DNA of 64,000 bases from assembly GCA_947454025.1 (NCBI GenBank), contig CANGIZ010000003.1, forward strand, positions 301 through 64,300. Direction: 5' to 3'. This document shows, piece by piece, positions 20,651-30,438 of the stretch. Under the pieces are notes generated by a model. The model was not told where the DNA came from. It was given only the letters and a program-made list of their open reading frames with translations, and made no database searches. The stretch comes from Bacteroidota bacterium. GTDB lineage: Bacteria; Bacteroidota; Bacteroidia; Chitinophagales; Chitinophagaceae. Position 1 is the first letter of the stretch. Each line of letters opens with the position of its first letter. The translations under genes were made by a program, and so were the position numbers.

Positions 20651-21538
20651 ATGAAATATACCCTAACCTTATTAGCCTTCCTTTTAATGGGGACTATTGG
20701 AAAAGCTCAGGAAGAAACGTATACTAAATCAATTAATGATTGGCACCAAGCAAGGGCGGAATATTTAAAAACGCCGAATGGATGGTTGAATTTAGAAGGA
20801 TTGTTTTGGTTACACAAGGGAGTAAACACTTTTGGCAAAACGAGTAAGGCCGACTGTCATTATAATAATGCTGAGTTTCCGGCAATTTTGGGAAGCTTTA
20901 TATACGAAGGCGATTCAGTGGTTTGGCAAAATGAAAAAGGCCAAGCTATTAAAATTAATAATCGTGAATTTACAACTACTACTCCTGTAACTGTTTTTAC
21001 AGCGAATGAACATGCGGCGGTGATGGACTGGTCTCATTTTTCATGGGTTGTTATTAAAAGAGAAGACAAAGTAGGTATACGTTTTAGAAATTACAATGCT
21101 AAAACTTTAACGGAGTTTAAGGGTTTGACTTATTTTCCTGTAAATATACAATGGAAAGTAAAAGCAAAATTAGTGAAGCCTGCTCAGGACTTTTTAATGA
21201 TTTCAAATATTATCGGGCAAACTACTGCGCAGAAAAATGCAGGAAAGCTTGTGTTTACAGTGGCTGGCAAAGAGTATAGTTTAGATGCAATAGATGAAGG
21301 CGGAAAGACATTATTCATTGCTTTTGCCGATCAAACTACGGGTAATACTACCTATGGTTCGGGGCGATTTATAGATGTTGAAATGCCGGATGCAGAAGGG
21401 AACACTTATATTGATTTTAATAAAGCATATAACCCACCTTGCGCATTTACTGCTTTTGCAACATGCCCATTGCCTCCAGCACAAAATAGATTATCAATTA
21501 CCATTAATGCAGGTGAAAAAAAATATGGACATCATTAA
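20651..21538 (+). CDS. DUF1684 domain protein
   Basis: GWLNLEGLFWL, FADQTTGNTTYGSGRF, DFNKAYNPPCAFT.FATCPLPP; signal peptide from ATG 20651. Confidence 0.88.
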   Translation: MKYTLTLLAFLLMGTIGKAQEETYTKSINDWHQARAEYLKTPNGWLNLEGLFWLHKGVNTFGKTSKADCHYNNAEFPAILGSFIYEGDSVVWQNEKGQAIKINNREFTTTTPVTVFTANEHAAVMDWSHFSWVVIKREDKVGIRFRNYNAKTLTEFKGLTYFPVNIQWKVKAKLVKPAQDFLMISNIIGQTTAQKNAGKLVFTVAGKEYSLDAIDEGGKTLFIAFADQTTGNTTYGSGRFIDVEMPDAEGNTYIDFNKAYNPPCAFTAFATCPLPPAQNRLSITINAGEKKYGHH

Positions 21539-21562
21539 TGAGTCCATTAACTTTGGATACAA

Positions 21563-22834
21563 ATGAGTACTCCAATAATTCCCAATTTATCTATCGCAAT
21601 TATAGGCTTAGGCTATGTAGGACTTCCTTTAGCAGTTGAGTTTAGTAAAAAATATTCAGTCATTGGATTTGATATTAATACGAATCGTGTGCTTGCTTTA
21701 AAAAATGGGGAAGACGATACCTTGCAAACAACTGATAATGAGATAAAAGAACATCCAAACTTATTTTTTAGTAGTGATATTGAAGCAATTAAAAATTGCA
21801 ACATATATATTGTTACCGTACCTACTCCCGTAGATGATTTAAAAAATCCAGACTTAAAACCCTTATTGAATGCAAGTGAAATGATTGGTCGAATTTTAAA
21901 AAAAGGAGACCTTGTTATTTATGAAAGCACAGTGTATCCTGGATGTACCGAAGAAGATTGTGTACCAGTGTTAGAAAAAGCGAGTGGATTGCAATACAAT
22001 AAAGATTTTTATTGTGGATATTCTCCGGAACGAATTAATCCGGGCGATAAAATACATGCGCTTCCAACTATTAAAAAAGTAACATCGGGTTCCACCCCCG
22101 CAATTGCAGATATCGTGGATGCTTTGTATGCAAGTATAATTATTGCGGGTACGCATAAAGTGTCAAGCATTAAAGTAGCAGAAGCTTCCAAATCGATTGA
22201 AAATGCACAAAGAGACATTAATATATCATTTGTAAATGAATTGGCGCTCATATTTGATAAAATGGGAATTGATACACAGGAAGTACTAGAAGCAGCAGCC
22301 ACAAAATGGAATTTTTTACCCTTCAAGCCAGGATTAGTTGGTGGTCATTGTATTGGTGTTGATCCCTACTATTTAGCGTACAAGGCAAAAAAATTAGGAC
22401 ATAATCCACAAGTAATTTTATCGGGTAGAGAAGTGAATGATCAAATGAGCAGCTTTGTTGCCAATAAAATGGTACGCTTATTACAACAAAATGGTGTAGA
22501 CAAACCGGGTGCAAAGCTATTGGTATTAGGCGTTACATTTAAAGAAAATTGTCCTGATACAAGAAATTCAAAAGTATTTGAAATTGTACATCAGTTAGCA
22601 TCCTTGGGTTATCAGGTAGCTAGTTTCGACCCATTTGCGAATGCGCAGGAAGTGCAAGCTAAACATCAAATTGAACTCATTACACAACTTGAAAAATATG
22701 ATGGTATTATCATCACCGTTGCGCATGACTTTTTTAAATCCTTAGATTATTCAAGTTTAATGAATACTTCGGAGACGGTCATTTTTGATACCAAATCCAT
22801 TTTGGACAAAAAAATAGTTACAGCAAGACTGTAA
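21563..22834 (+). CDS. UDP-N-acetylhexosamine/nucleotide-sugar 6-dehydrogenase (TviB/WbpO-like)
   Basis: GLGYVGLP, VPTP, YESTVYPG, SPERINPG, GGHCIGVDPYY, GVTFKENCPD. Confidence 0.93.
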   Translation: MSTPIIPNLSIAIIGLGYVGLPLAVEFSKKYSVIGFDINTNRVLALKNGEDDTLQTTDNEIKEHPNLFFSSDIEAIKNCNIYIVTVPTPVDDLKNPDLKPLLNASEMIGRILKKGDLVIYESTVYPGCTEEDCVPVLEKASGLQYNKDFYCGYSPERINPGDKIHALPTIKKVTSGSTPAIADIVDALYASIIIAGTHKVSSIKVAEASKSIENAQRDINISFVNELALIFDKMGIDTQEVLEAAATKWNFLPFKPGLVGGHCIGVDPYYLAYKAKKLGHNPQVILSGREVNDQMSSFVANKMVRLLQQNGVDKPGAKLLVLGVTFKENCPDTRNSKVFEIVHQLASLGYQVASFDPFANAQEVQAKHQIELITQLEKYDGIIITVAHDFFKSLDYSSLMNTSETVIFDTKSILDKKIVTARL

Positions 22835-22876
22835 CTATTTTAAAAATGCAAGATTGCATTTTATGTATCCATTTAA

Positions 22877-24967
22877 TTATTCTGGATGGTAAGTGCTAAC
22901 AGCATTTTTCAAAACTTCATTTTTATCTAAAGTCATTCTCTTTACCTGTTGCGCTTGATACATTGCTCGTTGGTCTGCGAAGTGAGGACTCTCTTTATGC
23001 ATGCTTGCACCAAAAGTATTTACTGTTTCAATAAAAGGTAGTCCTCCGTTTTTTGGAAAACGAACAAAACCAATATAGGCATCACCACTATTCATTTTAC
23101 GTTTTCCAATACCAAATGGTTCTGACATCACTGCAGCTAATACATCGGGCATGCCGCCTTGTGGCCAATTTTCATCACCCCTTACAAGCTTTTGAACATC
23201 GCCTAATGTTAAATTGGTATGGCCATAATTTTTAATTAAAAAATCATACACATATTGATAAACATCCACTGCTTCTTTAATAGTAAGCTTGTCATTTTTT
23301 CGACCTTCCATAATTTTAGGAACGTAGTAATAAGCTAAATTATAAATTAAGGCCCCTTTGCTGTCAACTGCTGCATTGTGGTCCCAGGATTTTAAAGTGC
23401 TAATAATAGAAGCTAACTGAGGGTGCTCGCTTTCGTTTACTAAAAACATACTGTCTGCATTAAATCCATAAGGGAATAAAATTTTAGCAGGAAGACTTCG
23501 ATCAAACTTAATGCGTTTAAGGTCTTCATAGCTAATCTTATCTAATGGATCAATCAAATCTTTTGCACGACGACTTCGATTGTCATGGTATAATTCATAT
23601 CCATCATTAGGATCAAAATTGGCAGGATTTAAATTGTCTTTTTCGGCCGTTGCTAAAAACGGAGAATGATTGGTATTAAACAAGTAGCCACTGGAAGGAT
23701 TTACATATTGAGGCAATTCACTTAGTGGTTTAAACTTTGTCCACAAGGTAGCTTTTGTATTGCCAGGAACAGTACTACTCCAATGGTAGGCTGTGTCGGG
23801 ATTTCGATAAGGCATTTTACCATTTGAGATATAAAATATCGTATCCTTATTATCGGCATACATAATATTAAACATGGCTAAGTGATTTTGGTTTAAGGCC
23901 TGTTTAAACTGTGTGAAATTGGTTGACCTATTCATTGCATACCATTGTTGTAATGCACCTGCATCCATTAAAGAAGGCAAACGCATTGAAAAGAAAGTTC
24001 CTTTTGGTGTTGCTACGGTTGGTCCGTATATAGAGTTGTATACTGTTTTGTAAATTGGAAAAGGGATGCCCTTGATATTTAATTTTACTTTTCTTTTTTC
24101 AAGTGCTAACCATTCACCATCCACTTTGTATTGATTGGGATGCGCTTTATCGGTTTGTAATTGATACACATCAATCTTGTCCTGAAAGTTAACCGTATGT
24201 GCCCATGCCAGCGTAGGGGTTACTCCATGAAAAATAAGGGGTGCACCCGGAAACAAGCCCCCTAAAATATTCCATCCTTCTTCGCTTTGTAAGTGCGCTT
24301 CGTAAAATGCAGTGGCACCTTCAATAGGTTGATGCGCGTTAATCACCAACATATTTTCCCCTGTGCTAGATTTACTTGAATGAATAGCAAATGCATTACT
24401 GCCTTCTCCTGTAAATCCTTCTAAATGAGGGATAGAACCATTTAATATTTTTGGTAATGCTTTGTCAACTCCACAAAATACAGCTACTGAAAAAACGGTA
24501 GAAGCTAAATATTCTTCCAATGAAATAGGGAACACATGTTTATTCAAAACTTCATTTGGATGTGCTTTCGCATAAGCTTCTAATCCCATTAAGTATCCTT
24601 TTACTAAAGCTATAAACTTGGGATCCATTTGTGCAATTTGAGCATCTACTATAGCACGTGTGTTTAGCAAGCCAACTACAAAATCAATAGGGGCTCCCTT
24701 TTTACCTAAATAGGTTGCGATTTTACCTTTTCCTGTTAGCAAAAGGGTTTGAATCGTTGTAAAATCATCTTGAGCATGCGCCCAAGCCAAGCCATATGCC
24801 ACTTCGGGGTCGGTGGGTGCAAAGATATGTGGCACTCCATAAGCGTCCCTAGCTATCGTAATATTTTGTGTATGTATAACTGGTCCTTCAGTTTGTTGTG
24901 CTTTTGAACTTGTCGCTATCGTTAGCGCGAAAATGAAGCAAAAAAAATGTGCAAGCCTTTTAGCCAT
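22877..24967 (-). CDS. Penicillin acylase family (Ntn hydrolase, S45)
   Basis: RDAYGVPHI, GLAWAHAQD, nucleophile GSNAFA; signal peptide. Confidence 0.92.
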   Translation of the reverse strand: MAKRLAHFFCFIFALTIATSSKAQQTEGPVIHTQNITIARDAYGVPHIFAPTDPEVAYGLAWAHAQDDFTTIQTLLLTGKGKIATYLGKKGAPIDFVVGLLNTRAIVDAQIAQMDPKFIALVKGYLMGLEAYAKAHPNEVLNKHVFPISLEEYLASTVFSVAVFCGVDKALPKILNGSIPHLEGFTGEGSNAFAIHSSKSSTGENMLVINAHQPIEGATAFYEAHLQSEEGWNILGGLFPGAPLIFHGVTPTLAWAHTVNFQDKIDVYQLQTDKAHPNQYKVDGEWLALEKRKVKLNIKGIPFPIYKTVYNSIYGPTVATPKGTFFSMRLPSLMDAGALQQWYAMNRSTNFTQFKQALNQNHLAMFNIMYADNKDTIFYISNGKMPYRNPDTAYHWSSTVPGNTKATLWTKFKPLSELPQYVNPSSGYLFNTNHSPFLATAEKDNLNPANFDPNDGYELYHDNRSRRAKDLIDPLDKISYEDLKRIKFDRSLPAKILFPYGFNADSMFLVNESEHPQLASIISTLKSWDHNAAVDSKGALIYNLAYYYVPKIMEGRKNDKLTIKEAVDVYQYVYDFLIKNYGHTNLTLGDVQKLVRGDENWPQGGMPDVLAAVMSEPFGIGKRKMNSGDAYIGFVRFPKNGGLPFIETVNTFGASMHKESPHFADQRAMYQAQQVKRMTLDKNEVLKNAVSTYHPE

Positions 24968-25010
24968 GAGTTTATTTTAAAATGATGAACTGTAATTTAT
25001 AGATTATATC

Positions 25011-25018
25011 TAAATTTG
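25011..25018 (+). promoter_or_regulatory. Bacteroidota -7 promoter element
   Basis: TAAATTTG upstream of ATG 25048. Confidence 0.55.
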
Positions 25019-25047
25019 CCCTACTTATTAAATATAATTACATAACA

Positions 25048-25389
25048 ATGATAGAGTCTAAAAGGTTTGGTTCTAAAAAAGCACTAATTGATATTGATGA
25101 AACAATTTGTTTTTATTCGGATAAACGTGTGTATGAATTAGCTGAACCTAATTTTGACAATATTGCAAAAATTAATAAGTTATATGAAGAGGGCTGGCAT
25201 ATTACTTATTGGACAGGAAGAGGAGAAAGTTCAAAGCGAGACTTAAAAGGGTTGACTTTGGAACAATTAACAAAATGGGGATGTAAGTTCCATGATTTAA
25301 TCACAGGCTATTGCCCTAATGGCGGACCTACTAAACCCAATTTTGATTTAGTAATTGACGATAAGGCAAAGAGAATTGAAGAATTATAA
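25048..25389 (+). CDS. Small cap-less HAD-superfamily phosphatase
   Basis: Motif I DIDETI, motif II WTGR, motif III/IV KP...IDDKA in 113 aa. Confidence 0.8.
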   Translation: MIESKRFGSKKALIDIDETICFYSDKRVYELAEPNFDNIAKINKLYEEGWHITYWTGRGESSKRDLKGLTLEQLTKWGCKFHDLITGYCPNGGPTKPNFDLVIDDKAKRIEEL

Positions 25390-25406
25390 ACTACATTAGT
25401 GTACAT

Positions 25407-25442
25407 AAAAAAAGAGGCTCCAAATACGAAGCCTCTTTTTTT
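25407..25442. terminator. Bidirectional terminator
   Basis: A-tract GAGGCT...AGCCTC T-tract between convergent genes. Confidence 0.8.
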
Positions 25443-25458
25443 ATAGGTAGGATTTCAA

Positions 25459-26241
25459 CTATAATTGTCGAATCCAAATATTTCTAAAGCTTACAGGATT
25501 GCCACCATCTAAGCCATGATCTTGTAAAATTAAAGGCATTTTGTCGGCATGCTTAACATATTTAGGCAAGCCAATCCATTCTACACCGCCATATACAATC
25601 GCATTGTTTTGTACCAAAACTCCGTTAAGTAAAACAGTCATGCGTGCTGGTGTAGCTAAATCGCCATTGTCTTTAAACTGTGGTGCAGAAAACACAATAT
25701 CATAGGTTTGCCATTCACCTGGTTTTTTACATGCAGTCACAAGTGGTGTATGTTGCTTGTAAATACTTCCAATCTCACCATTTACATAAGTTGGATTGTT
25801 GTAGTTGTCTAAAATTTGTAATTCGTAACGGCTCATAAACCAAATACCGCTATTGCCTCTGGTTTGGTTACTTCCTTTAATTTCTGCAGGCTCTCTAAAT
25901 TCAAGATGCAATTGGCAGTCTCCAAAAGCTTGCTTTGATTCTAAGTCTCCGCTCCCTTTTACAACCGTCATGGCACCGTCTGGGTCTAATTTCCAGCCTG
26001 GAGCTCCACCATTCTTTTTTTGAAATGCTCCTAAGTCCTTGCCATTAAATAATACAATCGCATCCGAAGGGGCATCTGAAGGATTGGTTCCGGGCGTCAC
26101 TGATTTAGGAATGGGATTCCACTCTTCGGTTTTAGCGGCTTCATATTCTAAGCTATCCTGTCTACTTTTAAATTTGGATTGTGCATTCGCCATCATACTC
26201 AAAGTACATAGTGCTACACTTAATAAAGCAATTTTTTTCAT
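25459..26241 (-). CDS. DUF1080 / 3-keto-disaccharide hydrolase domain protein
   Basis: APSDAIVLFNG, GNSG, YELQILD, GEWQTYDI, LQDHG...FRNIWIR. Confidence 0.9.
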   Translation of the reverse strand: MKKIALLSVALCTLSMMANAQSKFKSRQDSLEYEAAKTEEWNPIPKSVTPGTNPSDAPSDAIVLFNGKDLGAFQKKNGGAPGWKLDPDGAMTVVKGSGDLESKQAFGDCQLHLEFREPAEIKGSNQTRGNSGIWFMSRYELQILDNYNNPTYVNGEIGSIYKQHTPLVTACKKPGEWQTYDIVFSAPQFKDNGDLATPARMTVLLNGVLVQNNAIVYGGVEWIGLPKYVKHADKMPLILQDHGLDGGNPVSFRNIWIRQL

Positions 26242-26492
26242 ACAAGCAATTTTATAATGTATAGCAATTTAATACCATTATTTTAAAATTAACAAAGAAC
26301 TGGATGTTATTTTATAAGCGATAGACCTTAAATGGACTTAGTATATAACCCAACTGACCCAATTTCGATTATTGTTGAATAGGTCTAAAACAATGAATTC
26401 TACTGCCACTTAAATAAGATGCAAATTGGAATAGTTTAAATGGAACATTATTGGCTTGCTTCGATTTATAAAAATAATTATAAATCAATCCT

Positions 26493-27197
26493 ATGCAAAG
26501 TCAAGTTATTATATGCGATCAACAAACTGTGTATGCATTAGGGAGTGCAAGTTTAGTCAAAAAAAATCCCCTCTATAAACAAGCTAAAATTATCGATGAC
26601 TTGTCCGAATTATATAATAAAAATTATATGGGAGCGGAAAATGTATTGGTGGTGGATAGTAGTATGTTTGATTTTTCACAACAACATTTTAAAGAAAGCA
26701 TCCTAAACTTAAAACAGCGTATTCCAATTATGGTAGTGTTGAATACTGCCGACGATAAAATTTTATACCAACTAATTGACAATGGCATTTCTGTAATTGT
26801 ATCCAGAGACGTAACCAGAGAAGAATGGTTAAAGGGACTTGAAATGGCTAAGCAGGACAAAGTATATTTTAGCACCCATATTGCCGATAAGGTGTTTGCC
26901 TTAGTAAATAATATGGATGATATTCAACTTGATGATAAATTGAATGCGCTTTCCTTATTTGATAAATACATTTTAATTCGTATTTGCGAGGAAGCGCCTA
27001 GTAAATTAATTGCTTCTGAATTAAGCTGTAGCAAAAGAACTATCGAAGGTCATCGCACCAAAATGATGCAACTATTCGATGTAAAAAATGTGGCAGGCCT
27101 CGTTAAGATAGCCTGCCTTTCAAAATTGTATGAAAATTATCTTTCGAATCCAGGTTTGTATGAAGTTGCTTTATGTGCTAAAACATCCTCTTTGTAA
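26493..27197 (+). CDS. NarL/LuxR-type regulator with degenerate receiver domain
   Basis: C-terminal HTH (IASELSCSKRTIEGHRTKMM..FDVKNVAGLV); REC-like N-terminus. Confidence 0.8.
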   Translation: MQSQVIICDQQTVYALGSASLVKKNPLYKQAKIIDDLSELYNKNYMGAENVLVVDSSMFDFSQQHFKESILNLKQRIPIMVVLNTADDKILYQLIDNGISVIVSRDVTREEWLKGLEMAKQDKVYFSTHIADKVFALVNNMDDIQLDDKLNALSLFDKYILIRICEEAPSKLIASELSCSKRTIEGHRTKMMQLFDVKNVAGLVKIACLSKLYENYLSNPGLYEVALCAKTSSL

Positions 27198-29383
27198 AAG
27201 TGAATTGTTTTAAAATGCCCATCAATATACATTTGAGCTTGATCGGTAAAATGTCTGTCACTAGCCCATCTACTTTGTCCGCCTGTTATAATTGTTTTAG
27301 CATGTATTTTTTTGCCAAAGCTTACCGCGGCAATAAAGCTATTTCCTGAATAACCATATCTGTATTGCGTTGTGGCATTACCACTTGTCATTTGTCTGCT
27401 TTCAAAAGCAGGCATTTGCCCCCATTTACTAGATGTTTGAGCAACTGCAATACTCCAAGCAGTATCATTAAAAGCACTGCCAGGATTTACTCTCTGGTAT
27501 CTATTTATTTTACCCCAAGGCATTTCCCAGGTACCGTATCTGCTTTTTAAAGTGTTAAGTGTTGTAGTAAGTAATGTTAGTTTCACATAATTGGCAACTT
27601 CGCTTATCATGCGCTCATATTTTCTTACCGCTTGTGTACCTTCTTCCTCGGTACTTGGTGCTGGAATTTTTTTCGCCCATTCTGTGGCCCATTCAATAGC
27701 GATCGTTTGTGCAATTGAATTGGTATCCGCATCGCGATTCCATCTTTCTAAATAACTAACTGCTTTTTCTTGCATGGGGTTAAGTGAAATGGTCCTTGCA
27801 TATTTTATAAAGTCAGGCAATAAAATATCAAATGCAGTTAAGTGTTTGTTATAACCTAGTTGAATTAATTCATCCAAACTAATTTTGTCGATTCCTTCCA
27901 ATAATCGCACTGCATTTAGACCTCTTCCATTTTGTCCATCTGGTGCCATGTAAGCTGGATAATCTTTTTCCTTAGGACTATATTTTCCTGCCACTGTAAA
28001 TGGCGTTGCATTACAATTTTGTAACCATCCATTTTCGGGATTCACCATTTGTACAATTTCATTCAGTGGGTGTACTCCATTCCAGTCTGTTGCTTTAATA
28101 TTACCTGGAACAGGCCTTGAATAATCATAATTAGGATCATTACGCTTAGGCATATAATTGCCATGCCAGTAAGCAATATTCCCTTGGGCATCGGCATACA
28201 CCGTGTTATTACTGTTATTGGCAAGTAGTGACAATGCTTTTTTATATCCTTCAAAACTAGTTGCTTTTGTTCTTGTCCAACATTCCAACAATGCATTCAA
28301 GGAGCGATTGTTTTCATGTAAACTTAACCAATAGTCATTTTTTGCGCCCATGATGGGACCATGATGGGTATGGTAGGTAGTAAATTGTTTTGATTTGATG
28401 ATTCCATTTTCGTTGTATTTGATTTCAATCATTCTCTTTCCAACTTGTAATTGTTTTTGTTCATATTCATATGTGAATGAGGGTCCATTCTTATTTATTT
28501 TTTCAAGGTACACATCGGCTACATCGGCATAACTACTTGTGTGCATCCAGCCACAATGCTCGTTAAAACCTTGGTAGATAAACATTTGCCCCCATGTTAC
28601 AGCACCATATACATTCAATCCTTGGTCACTTACCATATGCATTTCGGATCGGAAATAAAAGGGCACATGAGGATTGATATACAACATTGCATTGCCGTCT
28701 TTACTGTGTTTAGGTGCAATCGAAAGTCCATTAGATCCTTTTAAAGTTTTCTCTTCCATATCATAAGGAGAAAATTTTACATTTTGCGAATAGGCCGTTG
28801 CTGCATTTGGTCCGCCATAAAATGCTGCAACATCCGCTTCTTTAATGCCACCTGTCCTAGTTGGAGAAACACTTCCGTCGGTCCACATTAAATGATACCA
28901 GGGTTTAAAGTAAGTAATTACTTCGGGATGCACTTGTGGATGTTTCGACAAATAATAATTAATACCATCGGCGTGTGCTTGTAATAATTCCTTAAACCAC
29001 AATGGGCTATTGTTATAATCTTGAATTGCTTTAGTACTATCTTGAATTAATTGCATCATTAAATCGGCATAAATGATTTCATTGCGCTTTGTTGTTGCAA
29101 TATCATTGGATTTTAATTCTGCCAATCGACCTAACATCTCTAAATAGTTTTTTTCAATCTGAGGGAAGTTCTCCTCGCACTGTGCATACATTAAACCAAA
29201 CACAGCGTCGGCATCGGTCTTTCCATAAATATGTGGAATACCCCATTCGTCTCTAATAATAGTTGTTTGTTGAACATGTTTTTCCCATCTTGCTTTTTCA
29301 CTACTGCTCATTTTTTGAGCATATGAAATTTGCATAAACGATAAGCACAAGAGTATTGCAAAAAGGCCCACTTTGATTTTCAT
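27137..29383 (-). CDS. Penicillin acylase family (Ntn hydrolase, S45)
   Basis: RDEWGIPHIYG, nucleophile GSNG, INPH, NNSNNTVYAD; signal peptide. Confidence 0.92.
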   Translation of the reverse strand: MKIKVGLFAILLCLSFMQISYAQKMSSSEKARWEKHVQQTTIIRDEWGIPHIYGKTDADAVFGLMYAQCEENFPQIEKNYLEMLGRLAELKSNDIATTKRNEIIYADLMMQLIQDSTKAIQDYNNSPLWFKELLQAHADGINYYLSKHPQVHPEVITYFKPWYHLMWTDGSVSPTRTGGIKEADVAAFYGGPNAATAYSQNVKFSPYDMEEKTLKGSNGLSIAPKHSKDGNAMLYINPHVPFYFRSEMHMVSDQGLNVYGAVTWGQMFIYQGFNEHCGWMHTSSYADVADVYLEKINKNGPSFTYEYEQKQLQVGKRMIEIKYNENGIIKSKQFTTYHTHHGPIMGAKNDYWLSLHENNRSLNALLECWTRTKATSFEGYKKALSLLANNSNNTVYADAQGNIAYWHGNYMPKRNDPNYDYSRPVPGNIKATDWNGVHPLNEIVQMVNPENGWLQNCNATPFTVAGKYSPKEKDYPAYMAPDGQNGRGLNAVRLLEGIDKISLDELIQLGYNKHLTAFDILLPDFIKYARTISLNPMQEKAVSYLERWNRDADTNSIAQTIAIEWATEWAKKIPAPSTEEEGTQAVRKYERMISEVANYVKLTLLTTTLNTLKSRYGTWEMPWGKINRYQRVNPGSAFNDTAWSIAVAQTSSKWGQMPAFESRQMTSGNATTQYRYGYSGNSFIAAVSFGKKIHAKTIITGGQSRWASDRHFTDQAQMYIDGHFKTIHFYKEDVLAHKATSYKPGFER

Positions 29384-29423
29384 AAACGACTATTTTAACT
29401 GTGGTCTTAAAGTTATGAAAAAT

Positions 29424-29454
29424 AAAAAGCACAACCTCGGAAGATTGTGCTTTT
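29424..29454 (-). terminator. Rho-independent terminator
   Basis: AAAAGCACAA..ctcggaag..TTGTGCTTTT inverted repeat downstream of the 29476 gene. Confidence 0.7.
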
Positions 29455-29475
29455 AGTATAGAAGGCTGCGCTAAT

Positions 29476-30408
29476 TTAAACCAGTCCCCAGGTTTTCATT
29501 CTTTCGAGGTTTATTTTAGCACATTCTAAAGGAGTTCTGTTTTGATAAGACTCTTGCTCAATAATAAAGTGATGCGCTCCGCTTACCTTTTTAGCTAAAA
29601 GGCATAAAGCTTTTGGATTTACTTCGCCATCTCCCATAATAGTACTGTCATAGCCATCGTTCATCTCTCCTTTGCCAGCCGATTTAATTTCGTCTTTAAC
29701 GTGTAAGGAAGGGAAACGGCCATGGTATTTGTCAATCCATTCTTTTGCACGACCGCCGCTACCATACATATTACCAAAGTCCAATTGTTGAATGACTAAG
29801 TTTGGATCGGTATTTTTAATGATCAAATCATAAATAGGCGTATCATTAATTTTTTCAGTGAATTCAAAATCGTGGTTATGGTAACCAAATTTCATTCCTT
29901 GTTTTTTACACAACTCCCCCGATTTATTAAACACATCCAATTGCAACATTAATCCATCATAACTATGTCTTAGTTTTTCATCCATCCAAGGACTAATTAC
30001 ATATTGCTGACCCATTGTTGCTGCATCATCTACAGTGTATTTCCATGCATCGGTAAAATCATTTTTTGTTTTATCCCAATGTGCAGCGGTCATAACGGTA
30101 TGACCACTTGGCATTTTTAATCCTAGGTCGGTTAATATTTTTTTGAACTCAGTTGCAGTGTGACCATAAAATTTTCTGTTTACATAATTAGCATGTTCAA
30201 CATACTCATAACCCATGTCGGCCAATGCCTTTAAAGTTTCTAAAGGCTTTTTAAACATATCGTCGCGTACCGAATACAATTGAATACCAATCAATCCTTT
30301 CTCCGCTTTAGCGGCGGCATTATTTGCCCATAAAACCTTAGGTAGTAAACCCGCACCTACTAAGGCAAGAGATGCGTTTTGAATAAACTTTCTTCTTGAA
30401 TTTTGCAT
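29476..30408 (-). CDS. Sugar phosphate isomerase/epimerase (xylose-isomerase-like TIM barrel), Tat-exported
   Basis: SRRKFI Tat signal; GIQLYSVRD, YHNHDFEF, LHVKD, IIEQE. Confidence 0.9.
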   Translation of the reverse strand: MQNSRRKFIQNASLALVGAGLLPKVLWANNAAAKAEKGLIGIQLYSVRDDMFKKPLETLKALADMGYEYVEHANYVNRKFYGHTATEFKKILTDLGLKMPSGHTVMTAAHWDKTKNDFTDAWKYTVDDAATMGQQYVISPWMDEKLRHSYDGLMLQLDVFNKSGELCKKQGMKFGYHNHDFEFTEKINDTPIYDLIIKNTDPNLVIQQLDFGNMYGSGGRAKEWIDKYHGRFPSLHVKDEIKSAGKGEMNDGYDSTIMGDGEVNPKALCLLAKKVSGAHHFIIEQESYQNRTPLECAKINLERMKTWGLV

Positions 30409-30438
30409 AGCAATCGTTTTAGTATTTAAACTTACAAA

